A stretch of DNA of 64,000 bases from Amoebophrya sp. A120 (Eukaryota > Protista > Dinoflagellata), in contig CAJINV010000011.1 of assembly GCA_905178155.1 (NCBI GenBank), forward strand, positions 1,317,593 through 1,381,592, in the 5' to 3' direction. This document shows, one piece after another, positions 44,501-57,488 of the stretch. A program made the translations under genes and the position numbers. The notes under the pieces were generated by a model, which worked only from the letters and a program-made list of their open reading frames with translations, did not search any database and was not told the DNA's origin. Position 1 is the first letter of the stretch, and every line of letters begins with the position of its first letter.

Positions 44501-47500
44501 GTGAATGTTGTAAGGCGGAAGGTGGAAAGTAGTAGCTCTAGTAGTTGCACAACTGGCGGAGGATCTACTTCCTCGAGCTCCCGGGGAAAAAGTGTAAGAA
44601 ATAACGGAGCACCGCAAGAAGATGACGGCCTTGAGGACTTCCCGGACCTTCCACTCGATTCGGGTGACATTGGTGTCTCCTCTTCAGCAGGAGGACAACA
44701 TCCTCCACTGGACGACCATTGGGAGCTGGTCGCGCCCACCAGCGAGCCGTTCCCCGCGATGCGAGATCCGAATGACCTGTTCGACCCAATGCCCCCACTG
44801 CTCCCCGAAGACCAGTTGTTTCAACAACAACAGCAAGAACCGAGTCCCTACACGGCTTTGCCCCCGCCGGGTGGCTATAGCTGCAATGACTTGTGGGCAT
44901 CCCCGGAGCCCCTGCCGGACCTAATCCCTTTGGAAAATAGTACGTCGAACCATGACGCGAATATTAACACAGCTGGTGTTCCTTCTTGTCCTTCATCATC
45001 CCAACCCCCGGTCGCGCCAATATCCCCCAACCTGCTCCAAATTACCGTTGACATCGAGAAGCAGGGCTCCGTTGCGGACCTGGTCAAGAAAATCAAGGAA
45101 ACCCACCCAAACATCGCGGAGCATTGGTCCTTGGAGAAAAATTTACTGGTGGTCGAGGTGGACAACGGCAGGCCGAAAAAGTACTACGAGCCCCGGGATT
45201 GCGTGGACAGCATCGGCAGCACGGATGTCCTGTACATCTACGAAGTCTTGGACAAAACCCATTTTTCCGAAGACGTGTTGCACAGCCCGGTGCTACTCGG
45301 CGGGAGTAGTCCGCTGACCCCACCAAAACAGCAGGAAATGGGAATATTAAACAGTGCCGGAACTACTACAAATGGTGGTAGCTCGTCAGCAGCTGCTGGC
45401 GGAGCGGCGGAACAACCGGCAGCAGGAGAACAAGCGTCGGCCATCGGCCCGCAGCTCCCCCCCGGTGGTGGACAACTAGTACAACCAGCAGCACCAGCCG
45501 GGCCCCCGGTAGTCGTGAAGACACTGCGCGCAGAAATGGCCAAATGGAGCGACTTTGACAGTGATGAGGACGACGACGACGCTGCTAAGAAACAAGCAGC
45601 CAGTAAAGAATCTGGAAAAATGACAGCATCAAGTAGTCCCACCTCCGACAACGTGGAGATGCCAGATCAGAATTCTACTGCTTTATCGATGAACCAAATT
45701 CCTCAAATAAATCCTGCCCAAGAAGACGTGAAAATGAAAACCGACTCTCCGAACGACAAAGAACAATTTTATCTCGGACCTTCCACGTTCGTGGAACAAG
45801 AACCGGCATCTTCAAGGGTGCAAAACGGCATCGTACTCATCCTGGAGAACCAAACCAAAATCCCACCGTTGATTTTTTCCGCGCCCGCAGATATCACCTG
45901 CGGGGACTTTTTCCAATTGGCCAGGCAAAAAGCGACCGAACACTTCATGCAACAGAACGAAACGGGGACGGGAGGTGTCGGGTTTTCCACATCTTCGTCT
46001 TCCTCATCTCGTTCTACTAGCACATCCTCACAACTTCCCGCCAACTTTCAGCTTCCCCCCTTCAAACTGTTCAAAGCGACGTCGGCTGCGAAGCCGTCCA
46101 GGATCGGAAGTTTTTTGGCGCGGAACTTCCAACGTCAAAACGACGGGAGCAAGGAAATTTTCGAGTTTAGAGAGGATAATGGCAAGATCAACGATCAGCG
46201 CGTTTTTGCGGAAACGGAGAATCCAGGTAGGAAAGATGGTTGAGGGGCTCTGGCTGTTTCATTACATTTTTTTAGTTGAAGCAGCAGCGCTGCTGCTACA
46301 GGCACAGCCGCGGACAACGGGAGATTGATTCGTTCGGTTGCATGATTTGAAAGCGCGTGGTCGGCACAGACTTTAATTATTCCAGCGAGGATAACATTAA
46401 AAAGTGAATCACTTCCAGTGCAACTACATCTTGATTGTCTCAAGAACTACATCCAACGTATTATCAGGTAAAAAGTACATGCGTGTCGAGATCGCTGAGT
46501 TTTTCTGGAACAAGCTTGGACAACTGCCCTCCCCCCGGCAGATCAGTTCGGAAAAGAAGCGCAAACTCGACGGGAACCTGCGGCTCCACCAACTCCTCGA
46601 CCTCTACACCGAGGAAGAGCAACTGGGCGAAGACGACTTCTGGCGCTGCCCGCGCTGCGACGAGCGGGTGGCGGGGTACAAGAAACTGGATTTTTACCGC
46701 CTGCCGCCGGTCTTCGTCGTGCACTTGAAGCGCTTTCAGTTTAACAGGTAACTATAACTAAGGAGCTTTTTGCTTCTCCTTCAAGATGGTGGACGTGTAG
46801 CAGCTAGACTCTTAATATGAGTAAGTACTTACTTGCTTTAAGCTTTCCATGTTGAGTTTCGTATGACAGGAGCCGAAATTCCCGCACCACAAATGATATC
46901 ACTCAGATGGTGCCGGGAGCGCATCGACACACCGGTAGACTACCCGGCCCGGATGGATTTAAACGACCTTGTGATCGACAGTGAGAGCAGTGTCGACTAC
47001 ACGTACGAGCTTACGGGTGTTGTGAAACACATCGGCGTCGCGGACGGGGGTCACTACGTGGCTTTCGCGAAACACAGCGACAAGTGGTTTGAATTCAACG
47101 ACTCCTGGGTGACCGAGCACTCGGAGGAGCAAGTTTTGAACCAAAACACCGGGGCCTACGTTTTATTCTACCAGCGGAAGAGCATTTTGGAAGACTACCG
47201 AGAGCAAGAAAAAATGCACCAGAAAATGCTGAATTTTAAACTTGCCGCTGAAGTAGAGAAAAACAACAGCAGTACAACGCCAAAAGTTGATGTTCTCGCA
47301 GGAGGTGTAGTTACGACGAGTCCGTCAGAAAAGGAAAATAGAAACGCAACTCCGCAAGCGGCTGGCGATGGCGGAAGCAGTGGAGCAGTAATCGACAAAA
47401 TGAATCCCCCAGGAGAGCAGGCCCTCGGTCGTTGTAACAGCAGCGGGCTGACCCAGATTTTAGCGAGCACCAGGATCAGCGAAGGGGGAAACGAAGACGC

Positions 47501-47990
47501 AGAGGAGGCTGGCGGTGGGCAAGAAATAAAAGCTTCTACAACAACTGGGCCTGGTCCGCTGCGTGGTTTATCCCCGCCGATGAAAGTCCCGCCGTTGACG
47601 TTAAACGGAGTTGTAGACCGCCAGCAACCGGAAAATAAGAATTCTTCTACCCCACAAACTGTAGACATTAACGCAGCCAACACCTCTAGTTGTAGTACCG
47701 CCTCCCCCACCCAGGCTTTAGCTGCGATGCCCCCGATCTTCCAGCAGCTCCTCGCGAACGTGGTGAAACGGTCGGCGGAGAACAATAGTACAACATGTGG
47801 CGACGCTACTTCCGGCGCAAACACGACAACGACGAAAGAAGACGGGTCTGACGCCGAGGGCGTTTCCACGACCGGGTCGTGTCGCAGTCAACAGGAGCAG
47901 CCAGGAGCCGGAGCTGCCGGGGGGAGCGGAACTAATGGTGCTACATCCTCCTCGTCCAGCGCCTCTTCTTCGTGTAGCGCAGCGGCCTAG
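38540..47990 (+). CDS. Ubiquitin carboxyl-terminal hydrolase, USP4/11/15-like (DUSP + peptidase C19)
   Basis: DUSP: YYLVSTKWFKDWQQW...RPGPVAN...EFEVVHEKVWKKF. Cys box GLANLGNTCYMNSSLQCL, FCG|FGQHDAMEFL, two CxxC pairs, VHLKRF, His box HIGVADGGHYVAFAK...WFEFNDS. GT-AG introns 39979-40237, 43763-43875, 46227-46467, 46748-46906 plus 2 introners. Confidence 0.93.
39133..39414. mobile_element. Introner family C (GT-AG register possible, 39129-39415)
   Basis: TATCCTGAGCAAAAACGTCCCCACCCCA...TGGGGTGGGGACGTTCTTACTTGGGATA, DR GGTGG/GGTGG. Removing 287 nt joins ORFs 38450 and 39241. Confidence 0.92.
43933..44177. mobile_element. Introner family D
   Basis: 36-bp TIR with 3 mismatches, TATGGTAGTGTCAGAATTGAAATCGTCAAAGTTGAA, DR GCGGT/GCGGT. 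Removal restores the USP motif QFCGFGQHDAMEFL. Confidence 0.93.
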
Positions 47991-49992
47991 CCGGTACAGG
48001 TGGCGTTGAAGATGATGGTTCTGTGGACGAAATGTATGTGCTGAAGATTTTTTTCAATGTACTGCTAATTTTTATGTACAACAAAATTGATGAGAGAAAT
48101 TATCGGTAGAGTTGGTATGTACTACAAACTCAAGTACTTCAACAAGAACTGCGTGTTTAGCAGCTGCAGTGTGTACATCAACAACGATCATGGCAGTCGT
48201 CTTTTTGCCACTGAGACGCGAGTATTCAACCAGTATTTGTGGTCTCAGCCAGTATATTATACGTGTATAATAGGCGGGACACAAAAAATCGGGACAGAAG
48301 CAAGAAAAATATCAAGCCGGTGCATGATATGTTTTTGTATTTGTCCCAGTTGCAGTCGTCCCGCTTCATTATTACGACACAAATGCCTATAAATGCCTGT
48401 GCATGTTGCTGCAGCGCTGCCGGTATGGTCAATGTGATTCTTCTTCTATGTTGCGCATAGTTTGATGCACATGCACTTGCAAAAAGTAGAGAACTACTTG
48501 CGCTTCTTATGTAGATTTCGATTTCCTTGTATCAAGGCAAAAATATCTTGTAATTAGTGCTAGTAAAAACCTGTCATAGGCTCCAAGATACTTCTCTTAA
48601 TCAATCAGAAACAAAGCGACACTTCACGTTCACAACTTGCGATATCATTAAAATTGAAACGACATCCAGCTTCGGCTGAGCGATCCATGATAGTACTATA
48701 GCTACGCAGCTCACTTGCGACCAAAACATTTTGCTCAAATTACGAATTACCTTTGCGCTCGGTTTCGGAACCCGAAACAAGGACCAATCGCATGTCATTC
48801 TTGTCATAGAAAACTCCGACATGAGAGGAAGCTTTCAATTTGAAGGTGCAGCACAATAGAATCGGCTTTCCTGTCAGCGCTCGCGGGTGTCGTCGCAGCA
48901 GCATCCATCGAGAGGTGAACCTGGACCGATCCCCCTGGTACTATTCCTGTAAGAAAGGTCTCGTGTTCTTGTTCACCTTCCAGAGAAAACTCTTGAGCTT
49001 CCCAAAACAAGGAATGCAGGTGCAGGATCAATGATGTGTGGGTGCTGGTGCCGCCGCTTACTTATTCGCGAATGTTTCCACCGAATGCGCCCTCATCTCT
49101 CTTCCGTGGGTGGGCGTTTAGATGATCAACGGTATTAGAAAGATGGCATCTGACGTGGCAAGCGCATTACCCGACGGTGTTTGACTATGCTGTTTTAGCC
49201 GGACACACTTTTACCCCTTGGTGTCATCCGGTCGTTTTCCACCGCAATTCTATATTGTAATTCTCGCGCAGCGCCGTTCTTGCCGCACAAACTGTTACTG
49301 CTATAGATACTAGTAGAAAGGTACGTAGTTTTTCGCCGTTTGCAACGCCCTGGATTTCTTCGTAATTTTTTTTGTGAGCATCGTGTCTCACTTGCTACTG
49401 GTGCTGGTTTATTCTTGTGCACTTTTTCAAGAGTTGCACTTCCACCCTTCAGTCCTCTGTCCTGCCGTGACAAAAACAAAATTTGGTTTTTTACCAGGAA
49501 ATAAATTGGAACCGGAAATCCACTAAACTGCATTCTACTTATGTCTTGTTGATCAGATCATAGTACGAAAGACTCAAATCATAGCGTGAGGTGCTGGACG
49601 AGCTGCAAATAATAACTTACTCGCATAAAATTACTTTTCCTGCATATTACAAAAAAAATTGAGAAAATTCGCATATTAAGCCTTTGCGATAATCGCATCA
49701 TTGTTCTGCCACCATGGAGCGGTGCAAGAGTAGAACTAGAATTACTGCCCAATATTTCATTCATAACAGCGTGAAACTGTTGTGCTGGAGTTGTGGTTTT
49801 TTGTTAGCCGACTTGAATTCTATTTTCAACATCAACACCAATTATACCTCCTTTTTCGCTGCGGCCAGGAGAGCCTACACCCCACCGCACCAACAGCTGC
49901 CTTTTCTTGCCGCCGCCAATAACGGCCGTGGTGTGCTGGTTGATCCCACGACCTCTTCTGTTGGTGCAGCTGCTGGATCATTGACAGACAAT

Positions 49993-52974
49993 ATGGCCGC
50001 CGTGTCGCAGGAAGACAAGGACAATGCGCTCATGCAATTACTAGGCATGACCGATGACAAGGTGGATCCCGATGTGGCGTCGCAAATTCTGGAATCCACC
50101 AATTACGATGTGCAGCGGGCGGTGGACATGCTGTTCGGTGGCGGCGCGGGCGGACCGTCTCCCGCGATGCCGCCCGCAGCGCCGGCATTTGGCGGCGCCG
50201 AGAATATGCGGGCACCGGCAGCTTTTGGTACTGATATTCTATAATGATGTTCTTAGTCCTTCGGCATCGGAGTAACTGTAATTTTTCATCTTCTAGCACT
50301 CCCCCTTATTCATTTCGATGGTGAAGAAGAAGACGAATGCAAGTGCGGGCACAACGTTTTCGTTGTAGGTAAGTAATCGCAGAACAAGTTGCCTACATGT
50401 CATAATCGATTTGATGATGCACAACTCGCAGTTGTGACAACAGTCAAAATGATCACAGGCCCCATATCCCCCGACGACGACCCGATGAGACCCGCGGGTC
50501 AGTTTGACCAGCTGATCGGTTATGCATTGCAAAAATGTCTGGGTCTGGAAAGTTGGAACTTGTAATGCTGGCTTTATATTCCTGTGAAATCTGTCTTGCA
50601 TGACCAACAAAAGTCGACGCGCTCTCTTATCGTACAAGAACGAAGTTTCTCATGCGGAGTTCATACGGGAAAGCGTTCTGCAAACTTGTCATGCTTTCCT
50701 GCATAAGAAAGTGCTTCCATCATGCACACTTTGGCATCACAAATTTCCAGACCCCGACATATTTGCATTTGATATCGATCCGGGAGCCGCCGGCATGATG
50801 GACCAGAACATGACAAACCCCGAAGACGATGCGGAGTTGCAGCGCGTCCTCGCCGAGTCCGCGCAGGCCAGTTTTCTGAACAACATTGTGAATCAAGCCG
50901 ACGGCGTTGCACCAACAGGACTTCCTTCTGCGCCACCAGCAGCTGCTTCGAGGAGCTCCGCTCCCAAAAACGACATGTTTGCCGCCTCCGCGAACCCCAA
51001 CCACCTGCCCGCCGGCGCAACAACTGGTCCCTACGGCGGCCGCAGCGGCGCAACCCCCTCCACGAACGCTTCTGGAGGTGCCTATGGGGGCACTGGCGGC
51101 GGAAGCAGCGCGTCTTCAGTCCAAACGGGCGGGAGTGGGGATTTTTTCCCTCCGGGGGCTGATGCGGGCGCGGGAACGAATGCTGGTGCTACGTCGTCGT
51201 CTGGCGGAGCCGCGTTCCTCGACGATCGGCGGCGGCAGCAAGAAGAGGCAGACGCCGCTATCCTAAGTAAAAACGTCCCCACCCCATAGTTGTGATGCAA
51301 AAACGCATGCTCGAAATGCTTCTCATGCGGATCCCCATGAGAGACATTTTGATTTTCTCATGCTATTTACTATTCACCAGCTATTTACAAGCAGGAGCAT
51401 AGATAGTACGTTCAAACAGTTACTCGCTCGCCTAAAGAAGCGAGCACCCGATTGATTTTCTCATGCTATCTGGAAGTTTGTGATGCTGGAATCAGGATAA
51501 TGTAGTCGATTTGTCATGCGGCTGCACTACCTCAAACAGCACTACACTACGAGTCTAGACTTGTCATGCGAAACAGCCAAAACTTGTTGATTTGTATAGC
51601 AAAATCACCATCTTGACTATGGTGTGGGGACGTTTTTACTCAGGATAGCCGCGATGGCGCGGGCGCTGGCGGAGTCCATGCAGGGCGGACAGGTGAACTT
51701 GAGTATCAAATGCAAATATGTCTGGGTCTGGAAGAATAACTTGTGATGCGCATTTTAGAACACACAAAAATCTCTCATGCATAGGTAGCAAAAGCTGCCC
51801 ACTTTCTGTCACCAAAATGGGGGATTTGTCATGCGGGTTCGGCATTGCGGAAGCTTCTCGAAGCCTGTGATGCTCGAGCTTCCATGCCAGACCTTCTGTG
51901 TCATGCAGAAACAGTATGACTCTTCCACCAGACCATGACATTTTTACATTTGAGATTGAGCGAAGAAGAGCAAATGCGGCGAGCCATGGCCGCCTCGGAC
52001 CCAGCCTTGATGGCAAGCAGAGATTTGCGAGCGTACTGAAGTTTTTTTTTCTTGAAAGGCTAGGCAGTAGTACTAGTAGATGGATCGTGACTTTTGCATG
52101 GACGATGTTGAGCGTACCTGTTCTTTTGTCGGCAAATCATTGATCAAAAACAAATCACTCGTCGCCACATCATGCATCAACTCCTTCAGGCAACAAGATG
52201 CGGAGCTGCAGGAAAGTATGTTGATGGACCGCATGCGCGAGCAACGAGAAAAGGCAGAGCGGGAAGAAGCGGAAGCTCTGCGAAAATCGGCAGAAGAGGA
52301 GGAAGCGCGGAAGGTTGCGGCCGAGCAACAAAAGTACTAGATACATGATATTATGTAACTGCTTCTCACATCAATCATTGCTGCATGAGCATGATTTATT
52401 TTCATGTGATGGCATAGGCATACTTGATGCCATGCAATGCATCATATTTCACAAACATAATTAAGTTTCACTACAAACTCTTTCCATCCCCCTCTGACAG
52501 GCAAACCAGCGTGAAAGATCGCGTCGCCGCGCTGGAGGCCATCGGCCAAATTGCAAACGACGACCCGGAGAAGCTGAAATTGGTCTTCCGATTGCCATAT
52601 GCATTGCAAATGTATCGCGCTAGTATGAATCGCGTGACAAATTGCGTCAAGAAGAAAGTTGGAACTTCTCATGCAGAATTAGGTAAGAAAGTAGATCTGT
52701 AATGCGTGATTGCGATTGGTACAAATAAGATGCTTTTGCAATGCATATGCCAAGCGGGAAGCGCGTGGAGTACGTTTTTTCCAAGTCCAAGCACAAAGTG
52801 CACCACCTCTACGACTTTGTGGACGGAAAGCTCCTCGAAGCGGGCGACGAAGCGACGATTGGCAGCTACACCCTGGCCAGCAGCTTTCCGAAGTTCATGA
52901 TCGAGAAATCTGACGACGCGCTCGGGACGACCAAATTGGAAAACCAGAGCGCACTGATGTTGCAGAAGAACTAA
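49993..52974 (+). CDS. UBX-domain p97/Cdc48 cofactor (UBA-like, UIM repeats, coiled coil, UBX)
   Basis: UBA-like VASQILESTNYDVQRAVDMLF. UIMs DDAELQRVLAES, ADA|AMARALAESM and LS|EEEQMRRAMAAS, then QQDAELQESMLMDR. UBX: KLVFRLP|SGKRVEYVF...LYDFV...LASSFPK. Four introners and three GT-AG introns. Confidence 0.88.
50521..50774. mobile_element. Introner family B (left outer end is A-type, TATGCATTG)
   Basis: TATGCATTGCAAAAATGTCTGGGTCTGGAA...TTCCAGACCCCGACATATTTGCATTTGATA, DR TCGGT/TCGAT. Confidence 0.9.
51259..51647. mobile_element. Introner family C
   Basis: TATCCTAAGTAAAAACGTCCCCACCCCATAGT...ACTATGGTGTGGGGACGTTTTTACTCAGGATA, DR GCCGC/GCCGC. Removal rebuilds a UIM. Confidence 0.92.
51704..51955. 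mobile_element. Introner family B
   Basis: TATCAAATGCAAATATGTCTGGGTCTGGAA...GACATTTTTACATTTGAGA, DR TTGAG/TTGAG. Removal gives NLS|EEEQMRRA. Confidence 0.9.
52598..52747. mobile_element. Introner family A
   Basis: TATGCATTGCAAATGTATCG...GATGCTTTTGCAATGCATA, DR TGCCA/TGCCA. Removal rebuilds the UBX motif RLP|SGKR. Confidence 0.93.
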
Positions 52975-53627
52975 GTTGGGTCCTGGGGCAGCGAGCTGCG
53001 GCCGTTTTTTATCGGCAGCTTTTTCGTCTGAACAACCTCTCCTGACGAGGACCTTGACCATTAAACTTCAAATTTTGCAAAGGCGACCCTATTGATTCAT
53101 TGTGGAGAATCTAGGAAATAAGACATAACTTTTTATCGTCTGCGACTAAAAACACTTGCAATTTCTTCATCAAGGGAATACAAATTTACTCCGCCGTTAC
53201 CGGTGTGACGGCTGCACTAGATTTTTGTAGACGGAATTTTTGAAACAAGGACCTGCAAACTGACAGCGAAAAACTCTTGTCTCGATCTTCTTCAAGTTGG
53301 TTTTTCAGCATCTGCCGGCGCTCGTGCGAAACGGAGTTCCTGTTCAATCTTTTCAATACCGCGAGGACGCGTCTTTTCTCCGTCGTGGTCCCCTTCTGTT
53401 TCTCGAGAGGAACAGGTGTTGGGTGTTGTTAAGACTCCTCACGAAAATTTTTGAGTTAGGGACAGAGAGAAGTTGTGGATGCCTCCAGAGGTGGCAGCGA
53501 AGGAGAGTACTGAGCGATCAAAACTTTACTTTCCCCATTTCGTTATCGCGTGTTGTTCTTTGCGACTGCGAGCGCGGCATCATCTATCACAAAAGAAAGC
53601 TGCACACCAGCCCCTACGTTGTACATC

Positions 53628-56576
53628 ATGTCCTCCGTTCTCCCGAACTTGAAAAAGCGGGAGAGGCCTGCGAGCGCTCAGGTGCGCTCCTCGGTGGAAT
53701 TTTCGCGACCCACCGTCACGCGGCCCCAGAGCGCTACCGGCCGTCGGGACACGGTTGCTGGGGGGCGAGGCTCGGTGCAACATGGAGCAGGTAAGCTTGG
53801 CGGTGGCGTGGCAGGGGCAGCTGCCAAGGATTCCAGGTGTAGTTCTTACGAAAGAAGTTGCACGGTGCTTGCTTAATGATAGAGACAATTCGATTTGAAA
53901 GGTGTAGCTGCTTGCTCAAGGATGGAACGAAGTAGAGAAACCGCCTCCAAAATACAAAAACTTCCAGGCCTTCGCAGCTCGGTGCCCGGCCCACCGGCGG
54001 TATCCTCGGGAATTTCGGCATCTACAGCGACAGCCAAAAGCCGCCCAGCCAGATGTCCGGCGCGGGGAAAGCAAAGTATCTCACCGAGCAACTGCAATCC
54101 GCGAAGAAGGACACGCACCTCACAAAGCAAAAACACATGAAGCTCGCCGCGCGGCAGAAACAGATGGAGAGGCAGGTGCAAAGACGGGAGAAGGCCCTGT
54201 TCGAGGTGACGAAATTACCAAATGTAAATATGTCTGGGTCGGGAAAGTCTGGAACTTGTGACGCTGTCTGTGGAATTTTCGAAAAAAATCTTTATTGCGT
54301 GACCAACAAGAGCAGGGACTCAGTTTGTACTACGCGGAGAGGGCATTTCTCATGTGGATTAGGCATCAGGAAGCCATCTAAGAAGCTGCGATACTTGCAG
54401 GCATCACGGGCGGCAATGCAAAATATGCATAGGTAAATGTAAGCTCCCGGACCCAGACAAATTTGCAGTGGATAAAAAGCGAATCGCAACAATGTCCCGG
54501 TACCGGTGAATCTGCTGGAACACTTGTCGCAAGCAAACACGAACGCGATTCCGCTTTACAAAAGAAAAAGACAGGAGCTGGAGGACGTTCTTCGGGAAAA
54601 GGACAGCAAAATAGCGGAACTGAAGAAAGAGCCCCTGTTCACGAAAATTGTCGAGCTCGAGGCGATCTTGAGCTGCTACCAAAACGAGTTCCACAGGTTG
54701 CAACAAGCTTATCAACAGAGCTTGGGCGGGAGTAGTGCTGGCGGAGGCAGTTCCAGTTCTTCGTCGAAACAAGGCTCTGGTGGGGAAATCGCAAGACAAG
54801 AGATCGCTGTGTTGCAGGGCATGCTGCAGAGCAAGAACATGGAAATGGACGCGTTGGTGAGGAAAAAGGCGAAACACGTAGACGAAGTGGCAGAGCAGGA
54901 ATCCGAATACCAGCTGTTTTTGGAGGTACTAGGACGACATGGATTTGTCTATGTTGTTTTCATCGAGCCCCCGCGTGAATCTGATTCTGAAATAAACCGT
55001 ATAAATTTTGTTTTCCACCATTCATTTTTTAGTTTGCGCACCATAAACATAATGTTCTTTATGTTGCCAAAAATAACACCAGGAGTACAAACGGGTAGAG
55101 CAGCAACTGCAGGAAAAACACGCAGAGGTCCGGATGGTCTACGAGAGATTCAAAGCGAGGTTAGAGGAAGTGAAGAAGAAGGAACAGCTGCGGAAAGAGT
55201 TGGAAAAACTAGAAGAGAAAGCCCAGGAGCAGGAGGCAGTGTTGAAGAAAATCGACCACAATCTCTCCAACCTATCCACAGGAAATTTTCCGTGCATAAT
55301 GTACCAACATGGCAGCTTCCACATGACAAACACAAACATTTCCTGCAAACCTCCTTCGCATGACAAGTTGCTGCTTTTACTTAACGAAATTTGTGATGCA
55401 TTTTGTACGTGTGCAGGAAATTTGTATTGCATACAACCTCCACAAAGTGCACAACCGCTTGTCGTCCGACGTGTTTCAGAAGTCCGCTGGCTTGCCCGAT
55501 AACCTGAAGAACCTGCTGTATCGGTTGCGGGTGCGGGCGCAAGCAGTGGAGATGTTGGCTGGCTGCAGTGCAGCGATTTCTGGTGGTGCGGACTCCTCTC
55601 CAGAGGACGAGGGGAAACGTATATCATCATTGGCTTTGTTTGCTAAAATAGAAATTATTTGTTGTAAACCCCTTGGCATGATTGAAGATCAAGATACGTT
55701 GCTCTGGTACTATAGATAGTCGTGTCTACTGCGCAGCACCGACGCGAAGCGATTTCAGTTGCTTCGCAAAAACTAAAACCTCCACAGGTGGTCCTCCCCC
55801 TCTCCCCGGTTCCCAGACGATCGCTCAGCTGATGCGCGAAGCAGACACCGACCACGACGGCCGCTTGTCGCACTCCGAGATCTTCTCGGTGTTCCAAAAA
55901 GTCGGTGTGAACGTCGCTCCGGAGGATGTTTCCCTGCTTGTGCAGCACTTTTCCGGCCGGGCGCCTGCGAGAATACTCGATTTGCTCGCGCTCGCCGGCC
56001 TGCAAAAAACGCCCATGGGAACGAAACCCGATGAGCCAGCGCCGGAAGACGCAGTATTTCTAGTTTTTTGTAGAACAACTCGAATCGCTTGTAAATGGAA
56101 ATTATGCAGCATGACACTGACAGGCACTGCATCTAGATGTACTAGAGCGTGATAAGCAACTGTGCTGCGAAAAACACAGGCACTCACCGACATCAACGAC
56201 GTTGATGTGGAGGACTTGCGGATGAGTTTGAAGCGCAACGTATCCTGTGCAAAAGTTAAAGTATCGTACTCGTAGTAATCGCAATCATGCATTACAAATC
56301 TCCCTCCTAACCTAAATCCGCATTACAAATTCCATTTTTCATCCTGACGGAATTTGTTATGCGATTTATACTAGTTTACGATACTTTTGCATTTCATACA
56401 ACGGCGTTTCGTACGTGACGTTTCGTGAAAAGCTCTGCGGTTTCACGGCTTTCGAAGAGTTTCAGCAGTTTCTTTCCCAAATCCTGAAAAGCTCGCGTGC
56501 CATCGGAAAGTGGCTCAAGGTGTGGGAGCTCTTCGGCGCGGGCATGATCCTGCTTCGGGTGCACAGCTGGATCTAG
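53628..56576 (+). CDS. Coiled-coil protein with EF-hand
   Basis: K/E/Q-rich heptad ORF pieces join across 3 introners and several GT-AG introns. EF-hand loop ADTDHDGRLSHSE (~55840-55880). Stop TAG at 56574-56576 after removal of introner 56241. Confidence 0.65.
54216..54474. mobile_element. Introner family B (diverged)
   Basis: TACCAAATGTAAATATGTCTGGGTCGGGA...TCCCGGACCCAGACAAATTTGCAGTGGATA, DR GAAAT/AAAAG. 264 nt removed in frame. Confidence 0.82.
55273..55433. mobile_element. Introner family E
   Basis: TATCCACAGGAAATTTTCCGTGCA...TGCAGGAAATTTGTATTGCATA, DR CAACC/CAACC. Removing 166 nt gives NLSN|LHKVHNRL. Confidence 0.82.
56241..56398. mobile_element. Introner family A (reverse orientation)
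   Basis: TATCCTGTGCAAAAG...CGATACTTTTGCATTTCATA, DR CAACG/CAACG. Removal gives SLKRN|GVSYVTF. Confidence 0.92.
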
Positions 56577-57488
56577 CTTGTGGATTTTTTGCGTCACAGG
56601 GACGAAACCTAAACGGGTACTTACTACACCTTTTTCATTCTACAATACTTCTCTGGTCGTGATGGAGGGGGTGGGACCAAGAACAATTGCGCACGTTGAT
56701 CATCGACATCAAGCTTCATTGCGGTTTACAATAGGAATACTCAGAAGACTTCTTACGGACCACCGACCAGAGATGAGAGCACGAACATTTTTTACTTCAT
56801 CAGCAGTAGTATCCTATCCATAGGTACTAGCGGTACGGCATCATAATTTCAAAAAGGCGAGCACTGCTCTCACCGTCCTCGTCAACAAAACGGAGGAGCG
56901 GGAAGGTCCTTCCCAGTCTGATCATCGTCCGGGGAAAAAGAATAGTGATAGAGGTGATCGTTGTCTTCATTATCATTCCTCTGTTCTTTGTGCTTCTGGA
57001 TCTGTATCGCCGTGACACGACACACTGATCAGCGATCTAGTGGCTTCGTGCCATGCCATCGGTTTTTTTTTTCGTAGTTGATCTTGATTTTAGACTATTT
57101 CATCCTTCAAAGATTATGTCAGCCTGCTCTTTTTTCGTGTCTATGTTGATTGTCTCCTTCCGCTTGCATTTTGCTCCGCCGTCTTTGGATCATCTTCACA
57201 TCAAGCTGCTCACAAGAGCGCGACCCGATCATGAGATGATCTTTTGTTTTGATGGAAGTGAGTAGGAGCTCCTTCTTGTGTGGCTCTGTCTTCCCCCATA
57301 GGAGCCGCTTAGTGGATACTTACCTCCGCGAGTAGTTTTGATTGTTCTGCAACTTTTGTATTGATAAAACCCCGACACAGCTGCGGCGCCCTGCTTCTGT
57401 AGTTGTACCCCTTTGTCCTTGGCAGGGTTGAAAAAAGATAAACATAAAGCCAGTAGCAGTACATTCCAGTTCCAACACCACGACCAAA

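Noticed and set aside
1201-47869. Long minus-strand ORFs (e.g. 1201-1791, 19744-20520, 47195-47869)
   Set aside because: They are antisense shadows of low-complexity + strand coding sequence with no recognisable motifs.
38540-52974. Functional ubiquitin-pathway cluster (USP next to UBX, Ubl-like family nearby)
   Set aside because: Ubiquitin-system genes are abundant, so adjacency alone is not evidence of a system.
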